Shown piece by piece: positions 56,859-64,000 of a stretch of 64,000 nucleotides of DNA. Every line of letters starts with the position of its first letter. Within the stretch, counting starts at the first letter, position 1. The stretch comes from Sphingobacteriia bacterium (GTDB lineage Bacteria > Bacteroidota > Bacteroidia > NS11-12g > UBA955). Both the position numbers and the translations under genes were made by a program. Where the stretch lies: NCBI GenBank assembly GCA_021151535.1, contig JAGKXC010000002.1:7174-71173 (forward strand), written 5' to 3'. The notes beneath the pieces are model-generated. The model saw only the letters and a program-made list of their open reading frames with translations. It did not search any database and had not been told where the DNA came from.

Positions 56859-57464
56859 ATGCAAATATCCTCACAGATAGTTTCAGATGCGGTAGAGGCT
56901 TTGTCGGGCTTTCCTGGAATAGGAAAAAGAACGGCTTTGCGATTGGTTATGTATTTGTTAAAGCGCCCAGAAATGGAGGTTGTTCGCTTAGCAGAATCAT
57001 TAATAAAATTAAAAACCGATTTGTTTTTATGCAAATCCTGCGGCAATGTGAGTGATGAAGAGATATGCAGTATTTGTTCTAATCATGCCAGAAATAATGG
57101 TGTTGTTTGCGTAGTTGAAGATTTTAGTGATTTGATGGCAATAGAATCTACCAATCAATTTGGAGGTAGATATCATGTTTTGGGTGGGTTAATTTCGCCG
57201 ATGGAAGGGATAGGGCCTGATGATTTGAATATTATGTCGCTTGTAAATCGAATTGAGCAGGATAATATTCAAGAGATTTTATTAGCGTTATCAGCTACGG
57301 TAGAGGGTGATACAACGATGTTTTATATCGCCAAGAAAATAAAAGACACTGGTGTGAAAATAACTTGTATTGCTCGTGGAATATCTGTGGGCGGAGAAAT
57401 TGAATATGCAGATGAAATTACTTTGGGACGTAGTATCTTGCAACGCACTGAGTATCAAGTTTAA
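56859..57464 (+). CDS. recR: recombination protein RecR
   Basis: HhH (LSGFPGIGKRTALRL), a C4 zinc finger (CKSCGNVSDEEICSIC) and a Toprim domain. Confidence 0.9.
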   Translation: MQISSQIVSDAVEALSGFPGIGKRTALRLVMYLLKRPEMEVVRLAESLIKLKTDLFLCKSCGNVSDEEICSICSNHARNNGVVCVVEDFSDLMAIESTNQFGGRYHVLGGLISPMEGIGPDDLNIMSLVNRIEQDNIQEILLALSATVEGDTTMFYIAKKIKDTGVKITCIARGISVGGEIEYADEITLGRSILQRTEYQV

Positions 57465-57470
57465 TAAGGG

Positions 57471-59414
57471 TTGAAAATGCATAAATTATCCGTAATTATA
57501 GTAAACTACAACGTAAAGCATTTTTTGGAGCAGGCATTGTTGTCTGTTGAAAAGGCGATTACGCATGTAGATACTGAAGTTTGGGTAGTTGATAATTGTA
57601 GCGTTGATGGCAGTGTGGAGATGGTAGCGGATAAATTTCCTTGGGTAAAAATCATGGCCAACAAGGAAAATGTTGGGTTCTCTAAAGCCAATAACCAAGC
57701 GATAAGAGCGAGCGAATGTGAATATGTATTGTTGTTAAATCCAGACACAGTGGTATCTGAAGATACCTTTAAAAAGTGTGTAGATTATATGGATGTACAC
57801 GGTGATGTGGGTGGTTTGGGAGTGAGAATGATTGACGGGAAGGGTAAGTTTTTGCCTGAAAGTAAAAGGGGGTTGCCTACACCTTCGGTTGCATTTTATA
57901 AAATGACGGGATTGGCTACCATCTTCAGCAAATCGCGGAAGTTTGGTCGTTATCATTTGAAATATTTATCGGAACATGAAACCCATGAAGTGGAAGTGTT
58001 AAGTGGCGCCTACATGCTAATGCGTAGTAGTTGTTTGGATGAAGTGGGTTTGTTAGATGAGGATTTCTTCATGTATGGTGAGGATATTGATTTGAGTTAT
58101 CGGATCTTGAAAGGTGGGTATAAAAACGTATATTTTGCTGATACTACCATCATTCATTATAAGGGCGAAAGTACCAAGAAGCGGAGTGCGAATTATGTGA
58201 AGGTGTTTTACAATGCGATGGTTTTGTTTGCCGAAAAACATTATTCATCACGCATGGCGGGTTGGTTTTCGGTATTGATTAACATTGCCATTTACCTTCG
58301 AGCTGGATTGGCATTTGGGGTAAGGCTTGCGCAAAAACTTTGGCTGCCACTATTAGACTTGTTGCTCATTGTAGCGGGATTTGCTTCCATTGCTTGGTAT
58401 TGGGAGATGTACAACAAATATGTGCATGGTTTTTATCCAACAGATTATTACCAAGTACACATGCCCATTTATGCGTTATTTATGATGGCGTTTGTTTATG
58501 TTAGTGGCGGGTACGATGAGCCCGTTTCTGCAAGAAGGTTGTTAAGGGGTAGTGTAGTTGGAGCAGTTGGATTGTATGCCGTTTATGCCTTTTTGCCAAA
58601 GGATTATCAGTTCTCGCGCGCCATTTTGGCTTTGGGTAGTTTCTGGGCGATAGCCGCTTTCTTCATTTTGCGTTTTTTAGCTAAATTCTTCGGTCTTTCC
58701 CAATTTCTACTGGATGAAGACAATAAGCGAAGGGTTATTTTGGTTGGCGATGAAGATGAATGTAATCGGATAGCTGGTTTGCTCCAAAAAACTAGGGTTT
58801 ATACAGAAATTGTAGGCAGGGTATCTTCTGGTAAAGAACTGCATCAACATGGATTTGTAGGTAGTATTGAGCAGTTGGCAGAGGTAGTTGCGGTTTATAG
58901 GGCAAATTTGATAATTTTTAGCGGCAAAGATATTTCCTCATCTGAGATTATTCAGCAAATGGGACAATTTCAAGACTGGGAAGTACAAGTGAAAATCGCC
59001 CCGGAAAAAAGTGAGAGTATTATTGGTTCGGATAGCAAAAACGAACCGGGAGAGTTATTTACAGTGGAAGTGAAATACCATTTATCTCAACCGCATACCA
59101 TGCGTAAAAAGCGAATCATGGATTTATTGATTGCTTTGTTGTGTTTGGTAATATCACCGGTTTTGATTTTGAAAAAAACTGGAAGATTGTATTTGGCGAA
59201 CTGGTTGTTGGTAGTTTTTGGTATGAAAACATGGGTAGGTTATTCCTTGCCAGAATCTGGAAAATCGGCCTTGCCGAGATTGAAGAAATATGTTTTAGAA
59301 GCATCAGGTAGGTTCTACAAAACCAATTTCGAGTGGGATGCTTGTTTGAATTATGCCAAGGATTATGAGCCTTTGATGGATTTGGAATTGGTGTGGAATA
59401 GGATTTGGCAATAG
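57471..59414 (+). CDS. family-2 glycosyltransferase with long C-terminal polytopic membrane extension
   Basis: LSVIIVNYNVKHFL, DNCSVDGS, NPDTVV GT2 motifs, then ~350 aa with several TM segments. Confidence 0.7.
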   Translation: MKMHKLSVIIVNYNVKHFLEQALLSVEKAITHVDTEVWVVDNCSVDGSVEMVADKFPWVKIMANKENVGFSKANNQAIRASECEYVLLLNPDTVVSEDTFKKCVDYMDVHGDVGGLGVRMIDGKGKFLPESKRGLPTPSVAFYKMTGLATIFSKSRKFGRYHLKYLSEHETHEVEVLSGAYMLMRSSCLDEVGLLDEDFFMYGEDIDLSYRILKGGYKNVYFADTTIIHYKGESTKKRSANYVKVFYNAMVLFAEKHYSSRMAGWFSVLINIAIYLRAGLAFGVRLAQKLWLPLLDLLLIVAGFASIAWYWEMYNKYVHGFYPTDYYQVHMPIYALFMMAFVYVSGGYDEPVSARRLLRGSVVGAVGLYAVYAFLPKDYQFSRAILALGSFWAIAAFFILRFLAKFFGLSQFLLDEDNKRRVILVGDEDECNRIAGLLQKTRVYTEIVGRVSSGKELHQHGFVGSIEQLAEVVAVYRANLIIFSGKDISSSEIIQQMGQFQDWEVQVKIAPEKSESIIGSDSKNEPGELFTVEVKYHLSQPHTMRKKRIMDLLIALLCLVISPVLILKKTGRLYLANWLLVVFGMKTWVGYSLPESGKSALPRLKKYVLEASGRFYKTNFEWDACLNYAKDYEPLMDLELVWNRIWQ

Positions 59415-59430
59415 TTGATATTGAAGGAAA

Positions 59431-60591
59431 ATGGCCATTAAGAGTATATATGAATCGAGGAAATATATTAAGGCTACGCTACTGATGTTGGCGGTGGCTA
59501 TTGGTTTGTTTACTCTGTATTTAAGTAATCGCTTGGTGGAGAAAATAGCCAATGAAGAAAAGAAGAAAATGGAGATTTGGGCCGAGGCGGAAAACCAATT
59601 AACAGACCCCAATATTGAGGGGGATTTGGGTTTTCAATTGCGTGTTGTTCAGGGAAACACAACCATTCCAGCTATTTTGGTTGACGACCATGGAGAAATT
59701 AAAGCAACTGTAAATATCGATACAATTGGGGTTAAAAAAGCAGATCAATTTTTAAGAAAACGATTGGTTGAGTTTCAATCAGAAAATGAGCGGATTGTTG
59801 TGCCAGTAGATGAAGATACCAATTATTATGTTTATTATGGTCAGAGTTCGGTTTTGATACAATTGAAGTATTATCCTTATGTTGTTTTGGCCATTGTTGC
59901 TTTATTCATGCTTGTGAGCTATGCGGCTTTTTCGTCTTCTACTAGAGCAGAACAGAATAAAGTTTGGGTAGGTTTGGCGAAAGAAACGGCGCATCAATTG
60001 GGTACACCAATTTCGAGTTTGATGGGTTGGGTAGATTGTTTAGAGATGGGAGTAATGCCGGAAAATGCGGGCGATGAGATGAAGAAAGACATCCATCGAT
60101 TGGAAATTATTACTGAACGTTTTTCTAAAATTGGAAGTGAGCCAGTACTGGACAAACTTGAAATGAACGCGGTGCTCTCTACGGCAATCAATTATATGGA
60201 AACCCGAAGCGGTAAAGGAGTTTCAATTCATTATCGCCCAAGTAACGATCCTATTTATTGTATGGTAAATGTGAATTTGTTTCAATGGGTAGTAGAGAAT
60301 TTAATCAAAAATAGCATTGACGCTATGGAAGGTAAGGGGTTTATTTACTGCGCTATACGTTCATTGAAGGGTAGGGTATATATTGATTTTACTGATAACG
60401 GAAAGGGAATTCCGAGAAACCAAATCAAATCAATTTTCAAACCTGGTTTTACTACCAAGAAACGTGGCTGGGGTTTGGGATTGAGTTTGGCAAAACGGAT
60501 TATTCAAGAATATCATGGCGGCGAGATTATGGTGAAGGAGAGTATTCCTTTTGAAAAGACAACCATTCGAATTGTGTTGAAAACAGTTTGA
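59431..60591 (+). CDS. membrane sensor histidine kinase (orphan)
   Basis: Two TM segments, H-box (AHQLGTPISSLMGW), N-box (ENLIKNSIDA), G-boxes (DNGKGIP; GWGLGLSLAKRII). Confidence 0.8.
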   Translation: MAIKSIYESRKYIKATLLMLAVAIGLFTLYLSNRLVEKIANEEKKKMEIWAEAENQLTDPNIEGDLGFQLRVVQGNTTIPAILVDDHGEIKATVNIDTIGVKKADQFLRKRLVEFQSENERIVVPVDEDTNYYVYYGQSSVLIQLKYYPYVVLAIVALFMLVSYAAFSSSTRAEQNKVWVGLAKETAHQLGTPISSLMGWVDCLEMGVMPENAGDEMKKDIHRLEIITERFSKIGSEPVLDKLEMNAVLSTAINYMETRSGKGVSIHYRPSNDPIYCMVNVNLFQWVVENLIKNSIDAMEGKGFIYCAIRSLKGRVYIDFTDNGKGIPRNQIKSIFKPGFTTKKRGWGLGLSLAKRIIQEYHGGEIMVKESIPFEKTTIRIVLKTV

Positions 60592-60601
60592 TTAACTAAG
60601 T

Positions 60602-61090
60602 TTGTATAGTATGATTCAGAGAATTCAATCCATCTATTTATTGGCGGTTACGCTCATTGGAATTATTTTATTTTGGGTAGATCCCATCTATGCCCAATTT
60701 GATGTGAATACTGGGATTGGACAGGCTTTAAGCTTTACACGCAGTTATTCATTTCCGGATAACCATGAAACGGCAAATGCGGTATATAGCGTAGATGTTC
60801 TGTCGATTATGTTATTGTTTTTCATTACCGTGATTCCATTTTTTACAATTTTCTTTTTCAAAAAAAGAAAGTTACAATTGAATCTTAGTCTATTGGTTTT
60901 CGGTATAACGCTTTTGTATTGGGCTGTTTTATTTGTTCGATTTTTTGCCGTTTCTTCTCAATACCACGGACAGTATCATTTTGGTATTCAGATTATTTGG
61001 CCCATTGCTTTGCTCTTACCTACGGTGATGGCCTATTTTACAATTAAGAGAGACGAGGCGATGATTAGTAATATGGATAGAATTCGTTAA
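60602..61090 (+). CDS. DUF4293-like small polytopic membrane protein
   Basis: MIQRIQSIYLLAVTLIGIILF... with four TM segments. Sits 10 nt downstream of the kinase. Confidence 0.45.
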   Translation: MYSMIQRIQSIYLLAVTLIGIILFWVDPIYAQFDVNTGIGQALSFTRSYSFPDNHETANAVYSVDVLSIMLLFFITVIPFFTIFFFKKRKLQLNLSLLVFGITLLYWAVLFVRFFAVSSQYHGQYHFGIQIIWPIALLLPTVMAYFTIKRDEAMISNMDRIR

Positions 61091-61098
61091 TTCTTTAT

Positions 61099-63303
61099 AT
61101 GAGAAATTGGACTTCTGTTTTGCCAACAAAACGCATTTTACTGGCATGTTTTTCATTGTGTTTTTTCGGGGCGATAAGTGCTCAAAACTTAGTAAATGGA
61201 GTAGATGGAGTTTGGAAAAAAACCATTGCCAATCAGAAGTTAGGTTTCAGTTATCGATACGATTATAAAGGTAAATTACCTGCCAACACGGCGACAAATG
61301 TGGAAATGCATGTTTCCCCAGAAAACCAGCAAAATGCCATTGCGCGCGGGGTTTGGGGACACCAGAATCCGCTTTCTTTGCGCAATGGTAAAACACAGTT
61401 TGGTTATGAGTTTGTTTTGCCGGGTGTTGGGTTGGGAGCATCTGAGGCCATGTTTAGGGCGGATTATTGCAGGAAAAATGCTAATAGTTTGTTAACGGAT
61501 GAACAAAATTTGTTGTTTGATAGCTTACTAACTCCCTTTGAAAAAAGTTTGGGAAAAGCTACTGCCAGTTATGATGAATGTGTTGCTTGGTATCAACAAG
61601 TGGCGAAGATGTTTCCAGGTTGGGTTTCCTTAGGGAACATTGGCACTGGAGATATTGGTAGACCAATTTATGTTTTGAGGATTGATTTGGATCGTACACG
61701 TGTAGTGGATCGGTTTGGGAATTCTTTGGGCATTATAGACGATTCTGAATATCAAAAAAGAAGACAATTTGTAACAACCCATACAGGTGAAGAAATCGCC
61801 AGAAAACAAGTAATACGTTTATTGGTAAATAATAATATTCATCCTGGGGAACCTGAAGGAACTGATGCCAGTATGTTACTGGTTAGGGATATGTTGTTTT
61901 TCCCGGGAAAGTATGCACCAGAAGGCGCTGATTTACAAATACATGTAGTTTGTCAGTATAATGTAGACGGAACGTTGAACCGCGGGAGAATGTCGCGCGC
62001 AAACCAAAACGGACCTGAGGAGTACGGTTTTAGGGGCAATGCGCAGAATTTGGATTTGAATCGGGATTTTGTGAAGATGGACAGCAAAAATGCGCAGGCA
62101 TTGGTTGCTTATATGAGTATTCATGATTTTGATTTTTTCATTGATAACCACACAAGTAATGGCGCAGATTATCAGTATGTATTAACGTATTTTCATACAC
62201 GTCCTGAAAAGTTTTATCATCCTAGAAGAACTTGGATTGAACCCATTGAAACGGAACTTGCAAAACGTTTGAAACAGCATGCTTGGATTACATCGCCCTA
62301 TGTGGAAACAGTAAGTAGCACACCAGATAGTGGCATACATGCGTTTTGGGAAACTGGTAGATATGCAACTGGATTTGCTGCGCTTCATGGTTGCGTGGGT
62401 TATACAGTTGAAACCCATATGTGGAAACCATTTGATCAACGAGTAGTGGGTACTTTGGCATTTTTGGAGGAGTTTGTGCATTCAATAATGCATTTTCAAT
62501 ATCCGAACGATGATCATTACACATTTCAAAACAATGGGGTGATTGTGCCTAATTCTTCGGGTCGTTTGCAACCGGGCGATAAAATTGCGTTGCATTTTGA
62601 ACTAGATAAAACGCGGTGGGACTCCATTGAATTTTATGGTTACACGGCTAAAAACAAGGTAAGTGAGGTTACGGGGTTGGCTAGGATGTATTACGATTTG
62701 GGATCGCCATGGAAGAAAAAAATCAAGTATTACCGCTATTTTAGACCCACAGAGGAAGTGATTGTGCCCAAAGTTTACATAGTTCCATTTGCTTATGTGG
62801 AAGTGGCTAAAAGGTTGAAATGGAATGGAGTGAATTTTAAGCAACTTCCAATGGACACCATAGTGAAGGTAAGAGTAAGTTATGTAACCCATTTTGAAAC
62901 GGGAAAATCTCCATATGAAAAGCACTATTTGCATACAAGGGTTGCCACGCGTGATACGGTTATGGCTATTCAGCTGTATAAAGGAGATTATGTGATTCCT
63001 GTGGGTAAGCAAGCGGCTTTTTTAACACAAGTACTTGAGCCTAAGGCTCCTGACTCCTATTTTTCTTGGAATTTCTTTGATGGAGTATTGCAACAAAAAG
63101 AGTGGTTTAGCGATTATATTTTTGAAGACTATGCGGCGGTTTGGTTGAAACAGAATCCTGGAAAGAAGTTGGAATTGGAGCGTAAAAAACAATTAGATCC
63201 TGTTTTTGCCAAAGATGCTTGGGCGCAGTTGGTTTGGGTATATATGCAAACACCGCTGTATGAGCCTACTCATAATTTGATTCCGGTTTACAGGATTGAT
63301 TGA
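61099..63303 (+). CDS. secreted M14-like zinc carboxypeptidase-fold protein (large, 734 aa)
   Basis: Signal peptide. NIHPGEPEG fits an HxxE zinc-binding motif in M14-like context. The extra C-terminal domain is unrecognised. Confidence 0.4.
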   Translation: MRNWTSVLPTKRILLACFSLCFFGAISAQNLVNGVDGVWKKTIANQKLGFSYRYDYKGKLPANTATNVEMHVSPENQQNAIARGVWGHQNPLSLRNGKTQFGYEFVLPGVGLGASEAMFRADYCRKNANSLLTDEQNLLFDSLLTPFEKSLGKATASYDECVAWYQQVAKMFPGWVSLGNIGTGDIGRPIYVLRIDLDRTRVVDRFGNSLGIIDDSEYQKRRQFVTTHTGEEIARKQVIRLLVNNNIHPGEPEGTDASMLLVRDMLFFPGKYAPEGADLQIHVVCQYNVDGTLNRGRMSRANQNGPEEYGFRGNAQNLDLNRDFVKMDSKNAQALVAYMSIHDFDFFIDNHTSNGADYQYVLTYFHTRPEKFYHPRRTWIEPIETELAKRLKQHAWITSPYVETVSSTPDSGIHAFWETGRYATGFAALHGCVGYTVETHMWKPFDQRVVGTLAFLEEFVHSIMHFQYPNDDHYTFQNNGVIVPNSSGRLQPGDKIALHFELDKTRWDSIEFYGYTAKNKVSEVTGLARMYYDLGSPWKKKIKYYRYFRPTEEVIVPKVYIVPFAYVEVAKRLKWNGVNFKQLPMDTIVKVRVSYVTHFETGKSPYEKHYLHTRVATRDTVMAIQLYKGDYVIPVGKQAAFLTQVLEPKAPDSYFSWNFFDGVLQQKEWFSDYIFEDYAAVWLKQNPGKKLELERKKQLDPVFAKDAWAQLVWVYMQTPLYEPTHNLIPVYRID

Positions 63304-63992
63304 TTTTTGTTGCGCAATTGATTGACGATAAACTGAAGGATGATCAATACAATCACGGCATGCCATAACCATAAAAAGCGCGCATTTAATCGCGCTAAAA
63401 CGTTGGCGAAATTTGCGGTAACAAACGCGTTGTAAACCACGAAACAGAAAATGCATAAGGCCGCAATTTTCTGTTCAAGTTTGAGTTTGCTGAATAGCGA
63501 TTTATTAAAAAGTATATAAACAAAAGTGACGTTTAAAATAAGCGCCATAATAAAATACCATTGGTTCCAAGCGCCAAAGTTGATTCCCCAGGTTTGCTGT
63601 TTGTTTTTGGTGAATAAGGCTTGATAATCTTTGGGGTAATTCGCCTTGAGTGTAGTACCAACAGCTGCATTTGAATCCAGTGGTGTAATTCCATCACCAA
63701 TACCTGTAAGAATGATTTGTTTGCCAGTTTCTTCTATTGCCGAAGCAAGTAAATAAGGCCAATACTGTGGGTGGGTAAGGCAGTGAACGAAAATCGTGTT
63801 GTAAAGTTTTTTGGAATGATGCCATCCACCGGAAATTTGAAATGGCGATTGGGGTTGATTGTTCCATACAAAATCCCAAGCATGTACTGGCAGCGATGAT
63901 TGTACAGAACATAGGTTTTCAAATTGGTGTTGAACCCCTGTATCTGTTGAAATTTGTGTGTTTTTTTCGTTGTTTATGAAGCGATTCAACAT
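63288..63992 (-). CDS. hypothetical membrane protein
   Basis: ATG at 63992. C-terminal half has 3-4 TM helices. Converges on the M14-like gene with a 16-nt overlap. Confidence 0.4.
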   Translation of the reverse strand: MLNRFINNEKNTQISTDTGVQHQFENLCSVQSSLPVHAWDFVWNNQPQSPFQISGGWHHSKKLYNTIFVHCLTHPQYWPYLLASAIEETGKQIILTGIGDGITPLDSNAAVGTTLKANYPKDYQALFTKNKQQTWGINFGAWNQWYFIMALILNVTFVYILFNKSLFSKLKLEQKIAALCIFCFVVYNAFVTANFANVLARLNARFLWLWHAVIVLIILQFIVNQLRNKNQSIL

Positions 63993-64000
63993 GCCGTTTT

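Noticed and set aside
1-64000. CRISPR arrays, transposases/integrases, prophage or other mobile elements
   Set aside because: No direct-repeat/spacer periodicity, no IS-like inverted repeats, and no ORF with transposase, integrase or phage hallmarks.

Overview
The window is a chromosomal segment from a low-GC (~38-40%) Bacteroidota genome. This is inferred from the dense T9SS C-terminal sorting domains, TonB-dependent receptors with DUF4249 partners, TAnnTTTG-type promoters and near-absence of Shine-Dalgarno sites. About 60 protein genes are present. I found no rRNA, tRNA, CRISPR array or transposase/integrase. Most genes are core housekeeping. They include murQ, asd, a 2-oxoacid dehydrogenase E2, thyA, rluD, nadC, rlmD, sucA, cdsA, dusB, trhO, rplM-rpsI-rpsB-tsf-pyrH, rpsT, fdx, menF, a thiolase, tsaB, a pabA/trpG-like amidotransferase, dxs, prmC, panD and recR. 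Rho-independent terminators are readable after E2, rlmD/sucA, tsf, pyrH and rpsT.

Five accessory-looking features stand out among these.

1. A contiguous locus (15.6-23.4 kb) that looks built to scavenge extracellular nucleic acid. It holds a two-gene, domain-permuted UshA-type 5'-nucleotidase, a T9SS lamin-tail-domain (LTD) protein, a TonB-dependent receptor and a T9SS-exported endonuclease I.

2. A minus-strand operon: panD, a flippase-like LPG-synthase-TM protein, an RfaE-II nucleotidyltransferase, a membrane GT2 and a roughly 1,000-aa multi-LTD secreted protein with no recognisable start codon. It looks like a cell-surface glyco-modification system.

3. A bacterial linker-histone-like protein with three AT-hooks and a C-terminal winged helix, sitting behind a very AT-rich leader.

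4. An 893-aa T9SS adhesin with an N-terminal CXXCH motif, inserted where frr normally follows pyrH.

5. A T9SS-exported PNGase F homologue.

All assignments rest on reading the translated ORFs and motifs by eye. No database searches were run.
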